A DNA stretch of 63,485 nt, counting the filler, from Perkinsus chesapeaki ATCC PRA-425 (taxonomy: Eukaryota; Protista; Perkinsozoa), in assembly GCA_013115145.1 (NCBI GenBank). It is 6 parts of 6 records of this genome, joined end to end, with 100 filler letters (N's around TTAATTAATTAA, not from the genome) between each part and the next. Parts side by side here need not be neighbours in the genome. Positions count along the whole stretch, not along the records: positions 1 to 22,493 come from JAAPAO010000577.1; positions 22,594 to 42,282 come from JAAPAO010000635.1; 4 more parts are not named here. One strand, written 5' to 3'. The notes beneath the pieces are model-generated. The model was not told the DNA's origin, made no database searches, and saw only the letters and a list, made by a program, of their open reading frames with translations. The position numbers and the translations under genes are program-made. The stretch's first letter is position 1, and each line of letters opens with the position of its first letter. Below, one piece after another: positions 12,038 to 26,900 of this stretch.

Positions 12038-14355
12038 ATGGTTAAACGAAAAGGATCTAATAATAAAGCTATAACTATTGATGATATATCTGATAGTAAA
12101 TTAAGTAATAAACATAATATAACATTAACACCAAGGTAATAATAGCATTGTAATTAATTTAAATAATAATATGTGAATAGAAATAATGTAGGTCATCATA
12201 TGCCTGTTCATCAGAGGGTATTGATATACTGGATCTAATGTAGGTAGTTGTTGTGATAATAAAAATAATATTAAATAGATATAATGTTGTTATTATTACT
12301 ATTATTATCAGATATAAACCAATCGAAGCCTTTACTGATGGACAATTATCACCAAGATTAGTTAAATTAAGGTAATAACGGTTATTAGATAATAGGGAGG
12401 ATGGTGATGATGATGTTATAGGTATGACTTTTATGAAGCTAAAAGGAAGGATCTGTTGACAGCAGTAAAGAGGGCAAGGGATAAAATAATAGAAAGTAGT
12501 GATAGTAATGATAATAATAATAAGTTGTTATTATAATAATAAAGGGCAAACGACAAGAAGAACTAATGCTGATGGTGGTGGGGGTGTTATAATGATACCT
12601 GGAATAGATGATGATAAAATGTTAGGGAGATTAGATGAGTAGTGATAATAGGTATATAATAGTAGTAGTTGTAGTAGTAGGTATTGTACTGTACAATTAG
12701 AACGATACAAACTTAATAGGATACAAGAGCATGAAAGGAGGTGGTTAGAGTCAACATTAGGACATGAATTGCATATGTTAAAGAGGATGGAGAAGGGTGT
12801 GGCTTATATGGAAGCAGTAGATGATAATAGTGCAGAGAAGATGGCAAAGGATGCAGCTAAAATAAAGGAATTAAATGATAAAAGGAGAGAGAGGGAAGAA
12901 GAAAAACAAGCTGAGGCTGAAGCACAATATAGATTAGAAAAAGAAATGGCTAAGAAGGAGTTCTTAAAACAACAAGAAGAATTAATGGAGCAACAAAGGA
13001 AGGAGGAAGAAAGGAAACAAGTAATATGGGATAGAGGGAGGGGTAGAGGGGGGTGGGGTTATTAGGAGATGCATGAGAAATCATTAGCAGAGGCAGAAAG
13101 AAGAAAAAAACAGGAATATGATAAAATGATGCAACAGGAGTATGCATGGAGGTAAGGGTGATTGTGGTAGGGGTAGTAGGGGTAGTAGAGGTTGTTGTTG
13201 TGGGGTAGTAGGGGTAGTTGTGGGGTAGTAGGGGTAGTTGTTGTTGTGGGGTGGTAGGGGTTGTTGTTGTTGTGGGGTAGTAGGGGTAGTTGTTGTTGTT
13301 GTTGTAGGTTACAACAGGACAAACTGGATGAGATGAATAGAAAGGATGAAGAGAGGTTAAAGTTACAAGAAGAGCAAAAAGAACAAAGACAAGAATATAT
13401 GAGAATGGTAATTAAAAAGAAAAATGATAGGGTTATGGCCTCTATTAAAAATAATGAAGATTTAGAAAATAAAAGAAAAGAAGAGTAATAATGATAAGGG
13501 GAGTAGTAGTATGGTTCAAGGTGGTGATGGTGGTGGTATTAGATATTTACAAAGGTTAGAGGAAGAACAAGCAAGAGAGGATAGACTAGAGGAGAGGAGG
13601 AGACATCATTATGAGGAGGGAGTAAAAATAATAATAAGAGGAACCATTACTAGTATGGTGGTTATTGTTGTTAGAGTAAACGATCATTAGCATTGACATT
13701 GAAAAGAAAGCATATAATAAATGAGGCAGTAAGGAGACAAGAAGAGAGGAGGAAGGCTATATTAGATCATCAACAAGAGACAGAACAAAGGTTATTAGAA
13801 CATGAGTTAAAAAGGGAGAGGTAATAATAATAATAATGTTGTTGTTGTTGTTGCTGTTTTTATAGTTGTTGTTGTTATAGTTGTTGTTATAGTTGTTGTT
13901 ATAGTTGTTGTTATAGTTGTTGTTGTTGTTGTTATGGTTGTTGTTGTAGGTATTTAGAGTTTAAGAGGGAACTAGATGCGTTAAAGGAGAAGAACAAAGA
14001 GATGAATGTGATGAGGCAAAGAAGGAGGGAAGAGCATAAGAGAAATACATTTGCATTACAATCTAAAATTAAAAATGATAAAAGTAATAATTTAATAGAA
14101 GAAAGGAATAGATTATGGGAGGAGAGGAGGCAAACTGGTATAGAAGCACATAGGGCAAGGGAATTAATAAAGACAACAATAATGGATATGAAGGTAATTA
14201 GGAAGGGTCGTAATAGGGCGAAGCTGATGATGATGTAGGTTAAATCAAGATTAAGTTCAAGTAAATTGGAGAAGATTATCAAAGATATATTAACAAAAGA
14301 AAGATTTCGACCAACAACAACAGGGGCAGGAGGAGGAGATGTAATAGGAATATAA
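12038..14355 (+). CDS. Hypothetical coiled-coil (E/K/R/Q-rich) protein, multi-exon
   Basis: Series of charged helical exons separated by 40-100 nt GT-AG introns. Confidence 0.6.
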
Positions 14356-14536
14356 GAATAAGTAATACTTAGTAATAAGCTAAGCATTATTAGGCTAAAG
14401 CAACAACAACAGTGATGCAAAAGATGATGAAATAACATGTTAATAATATTGATGTTAGTAATAATAATGTATTTAGTAGTTGCAGTTTTTGTTGTTGTTA
14501 ATAAACATGATTAGTATATTTTAGTAGGGAATAGTA

Positions 14537-17500
14537 ATGACAGGATTTAAGACAATAAAAGGGATGGGGGGTAGGTCATCATTAATAACAACAATTGAAG
14601 TTGAAAGATATAGAGAAGCATTAAAGAAGGAAGATAGGAATATTAAACATAATAATAAGGGATGGGATGATAACAATCAGAGTTATTTCAGTATATTAGG
14701 AAAACAGTAATAATAATAATATGATGATGATGGTGGTTGTTGTTGTTCTGACACTGTAGATAGTATTATTATTATTGTTATTATTGTTAGTGTTATTGGA
14801 TCAAGAGATAGTTATATTAATAATATTATTAAATATACATATGATAGATTGAGGGATGATAAAGAATATAATAATAAGGTTAAAGTAATAATACTACTAC
14901 TACTACTGAGATGTATAATTATCTATCATTTATATTATAGTCTGATACATTATTACCTAGTACTAAATACAGGACATTATCAACTAATAATAAAATAATA
15001 ACAAGTCAGGTAATAATATATTAATAAATAAGGTTAGTAATATTATTAATATATATCTAGGATTATGGATGGTATTTAGTATATAAGGAAAATAAAGATA
15101 ATAAATATGTGATAGATGATATATTAAATGGTAGTAATATAACAATAATAATAATTTTATAAATAGGTAATAATTATACAGCAAGATGTGAAGAAGTAAG
15201 TAGAGTAGGGTATTATTAATACAGCATAAATAATAATGATAAATATGAATAACATGATAACAACTAATTATTACTCTATTACTTCCCATCATCATCCTTG
15301 TTGTTGCCGATGATGATGATGATGATGGTGTTGTTGTTGTTTTATTATTGAGTTACAGTATTAGTAAATGAAGTGGTTGTATCAAGAAGTATAGACCTTG
15401 TTATTATTATTATTCGTTATTATGGATTTAACAAAAACAGAATCAGCATCATCAAGTAGTATGTTCAATAATAATAATGATAAGTCACCATTCGTTGTCG
15501 TTGATGGTGGTGGTATTGGTAGTAGTAGTAGGAATGGTGGTACAGTATTAGACGATAATATGAATATATTAAGAAAAGATATAGAATATAGAATGAAGGA
15601 TGTTATTGATATTATTATTAATAAAACATATGATTTGTTATATAAAACGATAATAATAAAAGAAGAAGAGGAAGGAGGAAAGGAGAATAATAATAATAAG
15701 ATAATAAGGGATAATAAAGAGGTATAATAATAATATATCTCATATCATCATCATTACTACTACTACTGTCAAGCAGAAGTAATGATGATAGTATAAATGT
15801 TGTTGTTATTCCTTAGTTTGCTGATAAATCAACAACTACAACAGCAACAACAGCAGCAGTAGCAGCAACACTACCTCATCCTCCTCCTCCTTCTTCTACC
15901 GTAAAGGGTAATAATATGGCGTTATATAGTAAAGCTGATGATGATTTAAAAGAATATATAATAAATGTATTAATAAAGAAAGCTAATAAAAGGGAAGGAG
16001 GGAAGGGCCAATTATCGAATAATACAGATGATGATGATGCAGATGATATTGATAAGTTATTACGTAAATGGTTATGTTATTCATTACCATTAAATGATAT
16101 TGTTATTAAAGCATTAATTAATGGTAATTATGATTATTGTAATAAGATATTAAATTGGTTATCATACAATGATATACTTGATATATTATATACATTAATA
16201 ACAAGAAGAAGAACCTCAATAAGTGTAGATATGGTTGAGATATTATTACAAAGATTAGTTAATAATGATGATAATAAAAGTATGGTTGAGGTATTAAAGA
16301 AATGTATTGAACATCTTATTAATAATAATAACACCGCCGACGCCGCCACCACCGCTACAACGAACAATAGTAACAATGGTGGTGGTGGTTATGATGATAT
16401 ATGCGATCTATTAAAGTCACAATTAATAGTAGCAGAATCATTGGTTGGTAATACTTGTTATAGGGAAGGTGACTATAAAGGCGCCATTGATAGTTATTCA
16501 ACAGCAATAAATACAATTGTTACACAATTGTTACCATCATCTAGTATACCACCATTACACCATCATCGTGATAATATAGTTAAATTAAGGTATAACTTAG
16601 CAAGAGCATTATATAGACAAGGAGAATGGAGTAGAGCTATTGAAGAATGTGATAAATGTTTAATAATAGATAATAGCTATGCCAATGCAAGGGTGCAAAG
16701 GGCGCAGTGTTATACAGCTTTGTTAAGATTTAAAGAGGCAGCACAGGTAGTAGTAGTAGTAATGATATAGTTGATATTATTAATATTGGTAGGATTATCA
16801 AATATTAGGATGGGCATCAAAGTCAGCTGAATTATTACGGTTAGACGAGCAATGTGATCATTATACTGTATTAAGGTTACCACATTATGCTGGTGATAAT
16901 GATATTAAATCATCATATAGAGATTTAGCTAGATTATGGCATCCTGATAAGAATGGTCATAGAACTAATGATGAGATTAAAAGATGCCACACATGGTTTC
17001 ATCGGATACAGGAAAGTTATAGAGTATTAACTGATCCTGGTGAAAGGATGGAATATGACTTATTATTAAGAAGGACTGGATCAGGAGCAGGAGCTGGGGG
17101 AGGGATTAATGATAATATTACTATATATAATATAACACCAACACCACCATCAACACCTAGCCATTATTTTAATAAAAATAAAGGAAATAATAATGATATA
17201 ATAAAAGGAGGATGCAAGGAACGAAGGTGGTGGTGGTATATTAATATGTGTTTATTAGTAATGATACTCAATAGTCAGATATCATATATTTACAGTGAAC
17301 AATGAACAAGAAGATGAACAAGATGAAGAGAAGGGAACGGGGACAGGTAAGGAAGGTTATAATAATAATAAAAGTTATAATGAATATAAATGTAATAATC
17401 ATATTAATAATAAATTAATATATTTTATTGTTATTATTATTAATAGATACCGGTATTAATCGTAAAGTAAATGTTGGTAGTAGTAGTATACAAGGAACGT

Positions 17501-17864
17501 TATCTGGTTTTAAAGCAAGGTATTATTATTATCATTATTATTTATATAATAATTATTGTATGATAGAATGTCTGAAGCTTTCTCCAATCGTAATGAATGT
17601 GGTGGAGGTGGTGGTGGAAGAAGTAGTAAATGGATTGTTGGTAGAAGTAGAAGGAAAAGGAGTGGGATAAATAACATGAATAATAATAATAACCGCCCAT
17701 TTCATAATCGATATACTGGAAAACAAGAAGGGGAGGAAGAGGAAAAGGAGGAAGAGGAGGGAACTATTAGAAGTGATGATGATGAAGTTATGATGAATGT
17801 GATGATGATACTGGTTTGTGTATATTTAATATTATTATTAATGTCTTTTAGTCGAATGACATGA
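14537..17864 (+). CDS. TPR-repeat plus DnaJ-domain co-chaperone (DNAJC7-like), multi-exon; ends approximate
   Basis: TPRs (GNTCYREGDYKGAIDSYS, YNLARALYRQGEWSRAIEEC) then a J domain with HPD motif (LARLWHPDKN...SYRVLTDP..RMEYD) at about 16860-17060. Confidence 0.7.
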
Positions 17865-18563
17865 ACATTAATGATGATGATGCTGTTGATGGTTTTTGTA
17901 ATGAGAATAATGATGGTGGTGAAAATTTAATATTTCGTCAATGGTGGCAACCATCATCACCAATAACAAGAACAACAAGGCGTCGTGAAACTATACATAC
18001 TAATAACAATAATAATCCAACATCATCAACATCAAACATTCGGTTTAGTCGGGTATTTGATAATAGACGACAAACATCAGGTGGTGCAGTTGGTGGGAAA
18101 TATAATGATGATATGAAGGATTAATAATAATGATTAATTGAACATAATTAATTAATGTTAATGAGCATCAGTATCAGCAGCAGTAACATCATCTTCTGTA
18201 TTACCACCACTATTAACCAGTATTTTGTTATTATAAACACAAAACAACAACTACAACAAAATATATTAATAAAATATTTAGCGCAACTTAAAAATGAAAA
18301 CGATGACTACAACGTAGTGAATCTTGACAACAACACCACAGACAGCAGCACCAGCACCATCGTATGCTGTTTTTCGTCGTTGCATTCAACAAAGTTTATA
18401 AAGACCGCAATTAGATGTTTTAATGACGAATAATGACGGTATTGGGTACAAAAGAGTATCGCCGCCGCCGACGGTGATATCCTGATAATATTAGTCAAGA
18501 CTTATTGTTAAAGTAGTAGTAGTAGTAGTAGTAGTAGTTGGACATAACAATAATTATGTATTA

Positions 18564-19001
18564 TTAAGTTGTATTACAGCCACTACCTTTAGTTATAGTT
18601 ACATCACCTAGTCCAGTAGAAGCTTTTAATTCATCATTATTATAACTTAAATGCTCCAAATCTTTAATACTTATTGGAGCATGTAAATCATTAAAAGCCT
18701 TTATCAATGATGGATTACTTATATTAACATTTACATCATTAGCGTCAGGCATACTAAAGTCAACATTATTAGCAGTAGCTTTATTAGTAAGATAGAACCC
18801 TTCAAAGTTGAATGTACCTTTATAATATTCATTTACCATATCATCATCACCACCATCATATTTAGGAGCAAAGGTTAATGTCAAACCATAAATGGGTTTA
18901 ACACCGGCACAATACGCTCCATTTGGTACTTGCTTTTGTCCAGAAACAACAACAATAAGCAAATAAATAACGATAAGTGCCGATTTGATGATGGCAAACA
19001 T
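18564..19001 (-). CDS. Small secreted protein (signal peptide), lineage-specific, intronless
   Basis: 145-aa ORF with hydrophobic N-terminus MFAIIKSALIVIYLLIVVVSG and two Cys. Confidence 0.75.
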   Translation of the reverse strand: MFAIIKSALIVIYLLIVVVSGQKQVPNGAYCAGVKPIYGLTLTFAPKYDGGDDDMVNEYYKGTFNFEGFYLTNKATANNVDFSMPDANDVNVNISNPSLIKAFNDLHAPISIKDLEHLSYNNDELKASTGLGDVTITKGSGCNTT

Positions 19002-19269
19002 AGTTTAAACCACGAAAGATATCTTTCAACACTAAAGATGGATTAAGGTGCTGCACCGCTGAGGATAAGCTAAATCACCGAATATGGAGCAAAAAGTGTC
19101 ACCACCATCAAATGAACCCTGCGATCATCATCATCGGATACTTTTTCTTTCAAATCATCATTCCCTGTTATTGGTTATATAAACCCACATTGCCGTCCAT
19201 GAAGAAGTCATTCACTCTAACTTGTATAATTATCGTTTATTTCAAGCGTCGCCACCTTAGCAACATCTT

Positions 19270-22200
19270 AACTTACGTGGCTCTCATATGTGACAGGGAG
19301 TTCTGTCACCTCATATTATCAATAAAATAATAATAAAGGTACAGGGAAGTAGATAATGTCATTTTATTAGAATAGGCTATGTCAGGCTTCTATGTGGGCT
19401 TCTAGTGTTATGATGATATCAGTATAACTTAGTCAATGTAGGTAGCTGAGAATGGTTATCTTTTCACTGTTCTTTATAGTTGCACAGTTCGCTATTAGCT
19501 ACACGGTGATCTGCACAGTTGCACGCATACGTTACGGTTTACATGCTTTACCTTGGAAGGTTACTTATACCACACCACCACAACAAGACAGATGATAAAA
19601 TATTCTCTTCGTCGTGGTACGTGCGCTCGCTCAACTGATCATCTTTTGAAAAAGAAGAGTCACACTGACTACATCAGCTGTTGAGGCTTGCTGCTGCTGC
19701 TGCTGCTGGTGTATGTAGCCGTTGTTAACATAATAAATTCACATTTACGGAAGGTATACAGAATAATAATACAAGTATTGAATAACACCCCAGCCTCCTC
19801 CTCCTCCGCACATCTAATTATATCGAAGAATGGGTTGTTAGATCTTGTCTACCAATAGTATGCTCTTAGTATCCATTAAGGTAATATCTCATTATACTTA
19901 GCAATCTTGGGCCACTTTAACTGTATGATAATGTCTTCTTCACTTTTATGATGTAAATAAACTCTACATTCCTACTCCATCACTCCACGGCTCGGTTGAT
20001 GGCTGATGATGATGTCTTGTTGTTGTTGTTGTATAATTGTTTAATATGGTGTATGGCACGACATACGACTAGTATCAGCATCAGCAGACAGCACTTCATA
20101 ATTTAATAAATAGGTGATCTATCACTAAGCATTATTGATGATGTGAACTCTGTAACTATTAAACTAAAATAGGTATTAGTATATATGAAACCATGAATAG
20201 GCAATTAAATGAATAATAGTAGTGTTATGATTATCAAACACATGACCTATGTGTATGATAAAATAATAATAAAAATAATTTAAGTATCGATTATGATGAT
20301 ATACAACAACAAAAATAATAATGAACTTAGACCTTATCATTATTATTATCAACCCATACTGTGAACCAATCAACATCTGTATGTGGTGGGCATGGTGGTA
20401 TATCTCTGATCTCATCTTCTCTAACACCAATTTTGATATTAGTCCTTTCATGACTATATACTAATAAGTTCTGACATAATGCACCAAGACGGAATAATAA
20501 ACCATTAAGTCGATACCATGGAAATAGCATATATCTAAAATATGGCAGAAACAAATACAACAACACATATTATCATCATTTATATTAATTATTATTATTA
20601 TCATTATTATTATTACGTGCATAATGTGGACCTTAACTCTTTACGTTCTCGAAGCACAACTAATTGAAATACAGCAACAGCTATATATAATACTGTATTG
20701 AATATCATAGTCATTAATATTAGACCTAACCAATCACGTAATAATAAACCACATAATAAAAATACTCTTAACCAGTCTAATATAACAGCAAGTAACTGAT
20801 GATAAGGAGCAGCAGCAGCAGTACGATAACAACAACAGTGTTATGCGTTATTATTCACTTTTTTACTTCTTGTAGGAAATATGGTTTTAAAGCCAAACTA
20901 GCTTTATGACAAAATGACGCTGGATGAAATACTTCAAAGAAATATGAGAAAGTCTTCTTGTGTGATGTTAACTCCCAAGACTTAACACGTTGACGGAATA
21001 ATACCTAATAATAGTAATGGGTAGTATCAGCGTTAGTGTGGCAGCAGCAGTAGTTATTGATAATAATAATAATTACCATCCATGAATCTGGTGCATATGT
21101 TGGTACTATTGCTTGGGCACATGATATAATCTTAGAATCATCTCTTTTACGTAATAATGATAAACCCATATACATATCTTCACCATTAAATACAGTATCA
21201 TGTTGATAGAATATCTCATCTAATGTTTCCCTATCCCATAATGCTATAGCACCGTGACATGATAGACACCTTGCCATTTTAGCCTGGAATAGTTTATGTA
21301 CAGCAGCCATCTTATATTCAATATCTTGACATTTAACTAATATATTAGGATTACCATCTGGTGATGCTGCTGTTATAGGAAAGTGTACCTTAATAATATG
21401 TACCATTATTATTCTTAGTGTTCTTGTTGTTGTTGTTAGTATTACAGCTTTAATAGTAGGATCTTTCATAAGCTGCTCTTGAGGTATATGTAAATCAGAT
21501 GGTAATGGTACATCATCATCAATAATAACAGCATACCTATCAATAATAATACCGTAATATAATAACACTTATTAATACGTGAATGTCGGTATCCTGCCAT
21601 TAGCTTCAAGATATGGTATCCAATACTTATTACACCAATAAAATGCAAATGTTTTATTCCCTTCAGGTGTATATAAATAATTAATATCTGGATGAACTTC
21701 CTGTGTTGCCCATTGCGTCTGATCTTGCGGTAATAGACTAGGACCATTATCACATACAAATATATGACTTGGTGGGAATACATTCATAGCTGATCTTAAT
21801 GTATTAGTGAATGTATTATATCTTTCATCTGTCATAGTTGATAAGTGACAAGCTATCATTAAACAACAATTGCTAGTTATATTCTGTTCCAATACCTGAT
21901 CACAATTATTATTATCATCATCGTCGAATGAGTATTACAAATTCAATGCTTTTAGTATCTGTACTATTACTACTACTATTAACATCAGACACCTCATCAT
22001 CATCACCATCAATGATTGATAATATATCATCATAACCACCTTCACTGGGTATATCATCATCATTAGTTGTTGAAGAGCTATATGTTATCTTATTATCCTC
22101 TCTCGCGGCTTGACCAGCCTCAGCAACTTCAGCAGCTGCTGCTGTTTTTAATACATCCTATACAATAATAATGCTAATTTATTATTATAATAATAATTAT

Positions 22201-22378
22201 ATCATTACTACTTGTATATGTCTACTAAATAGGGGAGCACTGGGCCATTTAACAACAATACATGCTATTAAGAATAACATAACATCTAATAAAACATCAA
22301 TAAATATAAGTAAATCTAACCATGTTGATACTTCCCATATAGATACATTACCAATAACTGCTTCTAATACCTATAACA
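19270..22378 (-). CDS. Processive-type family-2 glycosyltransferase with transmembrane segments, multi-exon, probably 5' partial
   Basis: FVCDNG, EGNK, IIDDDV (DxD), GED, and QRVKSW (QxxRW-like, about 20960-20990); TM segments on both sides; ends approximate. Confidence 0.75.
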
Positions 22379-22427
22379 ACAAGATCATCATCAGCTACTG
22401 TACTTCACAATAAAAAGGTGGTATAAC

Positions 22428-22493
<66 letters not shown>
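22428..22493. repeat. (TTA)n microsatellite at contig end
   Basis: Perfect TTA run up to the gap. Confidence 0.95.
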
Positions 22494-22593
22494 NNNNNNN
22501 NNNNNNNNNNNNNNNNNNNNNNNNNNNNNNNNNNNNNTTAATTAATTAANNNNNNNNNNNNNNNNNNNNNNNNNNNNNNNNNNNNNNNNNNNN
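22494..22593. other. Assembly gap with artificial TTAATTAATTAA linker; same structure at 42283-42382, 52801-52900, 57629-57728 and 61079-61178
   Basis: 100-nt N blocks with a central six-frame stop linker. Confidence 0.97.
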
Positions 22594-23989
22594 TATTACC
22601 GGGCCTGGTGTTGAGGACCAGTCTTTGACTGATCACTCGAGAAACAACCCACACACCCGAGCCTGGTACAGCCGGGAGATTAAGTCTCAAGTAGAGTCAA
22701 GTTATCTGTACTTTCCCAAGTATTGAATTAAATTAATGTCACGAGGGGAGTTAGGGGAGTTTAATCTTATGAATCGAAGCCACGTGAATACAATGCATTT
22801 GCGTTTGTTGGGTAAGTGGGTTAAAATTTAATCTTTTTGGATGAAGGTGTCAAGTACGCTCAGATCTCCGACAATTTTGCAATGCACTCTCGTTCGTTGG
22901 GAGAGCTGGTGGAAATTGAGTATCACATGTATGCGTAGATCATCAACCTCGAAAGGAGGAGAGAGACTCACTTTTATGCAAAGGATGTGATGTGGAAGAC
23001 CAACCTCATATTGATTCGAACTGCTAATAATCTTAAAGATAGTGTCACCTGACGGCAACCTTCGTTTAAGGGAGGGGGAAGGCCGAGGGTAAGGTATTAT
23101 ATTCTTAACGACTTTATGGCGACTAAGAGTAAGCTTGAGCGTATAATTTCAAACTTGAATGTAGCCATTTTTGCCATTGTGTCAAACTTAGATCTAACAC
23201 TTCAGCGAGGTGTCAAACTTGAAGCTAATACAGTCAATCTCGGAGACATCTGAGAGAGTGTCAAACTTATCGCACACGGTGGTATTCTTGAATTTGTCAG
23301 ACTCGGCTGGGAGGAGGTTTCGAGCTAGGAGAATCGGATTAATATGAATTTCGTGGCGTAACACCTTAATTATTTTTGTTATGAAGTATACAAGACTATT
23401 GTGGATCAGAAATTAGGGGACAGTAATTCCTGCTGTCATCTCATATGGAGAGGTATCTTTGTTAATAGTTTGTTTATCACCATGTTAAATGCCTTATATA
23501 AAAGTGTAGTATCAACTGTGGGGAATGTAACAGGAATTGGAGGATTACCAAATACAATGAAGTTTCATATAACTAATAAAGTGGAAGGTAATATCTGAAC
23601 GGGATGACTGTAGGATGATGCCAGCTGTGTTGGACTTGTTAATAAAATATATATCTCATTCAACTGGTTTTGATAACATGTACAATGGTCGAGATGATAA
23701 TATTATACAGTACTTACCAGCACTTTTATAATAATGGTATTCTCCTTGTATGAGTGGCATACCCCCCGTAGGGAACGAAGTGACATGCGTGCCGGTCAAT
23801 CCATGCCACTACTCTTCAATTCCCTGTATATTATGCCTAGACTCTCATCAAGCTGCTGCTGCTGCTGGAGCTATAGGTGATCGGAGTTCAATATAAAAAC
23901 AATCACCTTCAAGTTCGCCGTATCGACATTATTGCCATACTTTCCATATCGCTCGAAATGAGGCACACCAGAATCGTCTGCATTAATTC

Positions 23990-26900
23990 GCTCTTACGAG
24001 TAGGTAGAGGCAGTCAGAGTAGCTTTTGGGACGTTTATGAGGGCACATCGAAGAGTGATGGATCGGAGGTTACAGCTTTGGTGTTGCTAAAGAAGCATGC
24101 TACTTATGCTGAAGTTAATTTGGCAAGGAATGCGATGAACAGGATGCGAGCTTTGAGGCATCCGAACGTTCTTAAAGTAGTTCGGGATTACTGAGTCATC
24201 ATCGAAGTAGAACCGTACAAGTAATGAGTCAATTTTCTTGAGATGTGAACTTAACATCTGACTCACGTGATCCACGTTGTGAAGGTTCTTCGCGCGAAAT
24301 TCTTAAAAATGCAATATGCACCTAACTCTGAATTACTAATGCAGCAGCTCATTCAGGAATATACTACTTTCCTCGTTTCCAATTTTCCGCCGTTCGACTC
24401 GCCGTGTCGTGGCGTGGGGGATAAGTTTGTTATTAGGTATATGATGCTGTAGAGAATGATACTGGAATATATGTAGTTGTTGAGAGATGTTCGAGGTTGA
24501 CGGATTTACCGTGGCGGCAGGAAGATAGGAAACAACCGTGTGTTTGGGGACTGTAATACACTGAATGGTCGGGGGAATGGCTGGGCAAGTCGTTGGGTTA
24601 GAGTACAAATAGTGAATCTACTTTACTTTAATCAAATGAATGGATAAAAGAGTAGTTGTTGACACCGAGAGCATGTTAAAATAAAGCACATTTACATCGC
24701 TTCAAGCTGTGTATTATTTTACCCTATAATTTCTATCTGTTCGACATTAGTATACGTTAGTTTTATGTCTCTACTTATAAGGAATAATCGATCCATGAAA
24801 CTCATGTTACATTTAAGCATATCTTATTTCGGACAATTGTGACTCATATATCAAATGTTCATTAGCCCATCATAATAATATCCATACCTGATACACTGTT
24901 TTGACATAAGCATATGTTCGTTCGGTATATAATAAATAATAATATTCATATAAGTCCCATAACAGAACTTCCTGGGCTCTAAACGTGGGGGGTAAGTATC
25001 CCCATTTACACCCTTCCTCTGCACTGTGGTTGGTAATAGGACTCCCTCATGCCTATCGCCGTACATTTATTACCGTTAATGTAGGTATTCTATTATATCA
25101 GCCATGCGGTTTTTGATAGTGGACGGGAAGCTTGTTCATGGTACTACTGGGGGGCGAAGGGGAAGATTCTGAATACAAACCATGAAGGGGTGGTAGATAA
25201 TTCAGAGAGATTTATAAGCAAATACAAAAGTTCTGTATTCACTTCGCGAAGAAATATGCAAGAATGCTGATGCATCTTTATGAGATGGTCACCTAAATAG
25301 TATGCGTGCAGGAATCCTCGTTAGACTCTTCATCTCGCATTTATAAGAAATCGGTAACTTCCTGGCATCCGAAGGCAATGAAAGGGAGATGAATTCCGAC
25401 AGAGAGTCGTGGGATGGGCTCGGAAGGGAAAAACGTTCGGCATCGGTAGCACTTTTTAAGGCCTGACGGACGGGTTTCATTGCTTGGTCATGTTATCAGG
25501 CTGGATGATAGTATAGTCTTTGCGACTATACTGTCTGACTTGGCCTTCCTTGATGGCTTTGCTGGGCTGTATGGATTTGTATTTAGGTAACCTGGGTCCA
25601 CAGTCAGTGTTTGTGACACCTAAAGGAGAGTTCCGGCTTGGTGGCTTTGAACTAGCTCGGCCCATATCGGAGGCAGATAGCAATAGGCTAATGTCGGATA
25701 TTAATTCAGCAGGCTTTACTAGGTTATACAGGGGGTGTCTATTTTATTATTTTCCGCTTAATCCTTCTATTCTGCTCCTCCGGGATGCCGTCTGTAGAGG
25801 GTCAGGGTATCGACCGCATTCCACATCTCTAGATGGCATCGCGTATTGTAGGGCTTGTAGGGTGTCTCGGAAATGCGACCCGTCAGACGGCGAAACTGTC
25901 AAAATTGGGAGACGAACGAAGATAGTTTCGGACGCAAATCTCCTCGTTTCGGTGTGGTGGCAGTTAATTCGTAGAACTAGTGTATTGGTGATCACTTGTG
26001 ACGGCCTTACCGTATCGTGCCGGATAAGGTTTCTTCTTGATCGTTCATCCGACATTGAGAGTTAGTCAATTCCGGTGAACTGCATTGTGCAACCGGCGCA
26101 ATTCTAAAGTCAGTTTTATCTGGAGAGAGGTTTCCATGGCTCCATGGAAGTATTTTTTCGAAAATAATAATGAGATACAGGAGCATTACTTTAGCATTAT
26201 ATATAAAAGTCTTAACGTATCTATCACAAGTCGTCCCTCGTCAGATTCCCACCGCCGCGAAGCCTTGCATCTGTTGCGAATCCATCGGTTTTGGATCTCT
26301 ACGGTTTAGCATTGGTATCAGCTTATCTTATGAATGGTGAAGTGCTTTATAAGGGGGAAGGGTCATTCAATCCAGGAGAGGATCCAGCGGCAACTATACC
26401 AGCTGAAGTGGGGAAAGATGTTCGACTTTGATGGGTTGTATTTTTATTATTAGTTCCGGGGGGCATTCAGGAGTTTGTCGCTTCATGAGGTTTCTCGGGC
26501 GCGTGACGCTGGAGGAGTTGTCACGAGATTGGCCAATAGCGGCTACTTCAAGGAGAATCCACAGGTGAGTATTTCTTGCTCTTGGTGCTAATCGATCGTT
26601 CGATCGATATGTAAAGACTTTAAGTCTGATAATTCGTCCTCGCACGCGTGCCTTTGTAAACCATAGCCGTCGCACCTATTCGAGTGCTTCGGAGTACAAG
26701 AGCCATTTTTTCAAGTTGTCAATGAAAAAAATGGCCTTGAGAATATTTCTGCAATATTGTCGCGGTTCATATGAACCGTTACATTCTACGGGACGCTCCA
26801 AGAGATTTGGATCAGCTGAGTTATGACTTCCCACCATGTAGGTGACGATACTACATTTTTTGGATTCGCAACTTCGGCTGGCAACAGCGGCGGCACAGGA

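Noticed and set aside
22538-22549. Recurrent TTAATTAATTAA palindrome
   Set aside because: Artificial six-frame stop linker centred in N gaps; ORF-track entries crossing gaps are artefacts
23159-23180. GTAGCCATTTTTGCC as a spliced-leader relic
   Set aside because: Only the 5' half matches and the diagnostic GGCTCAAG end is missing
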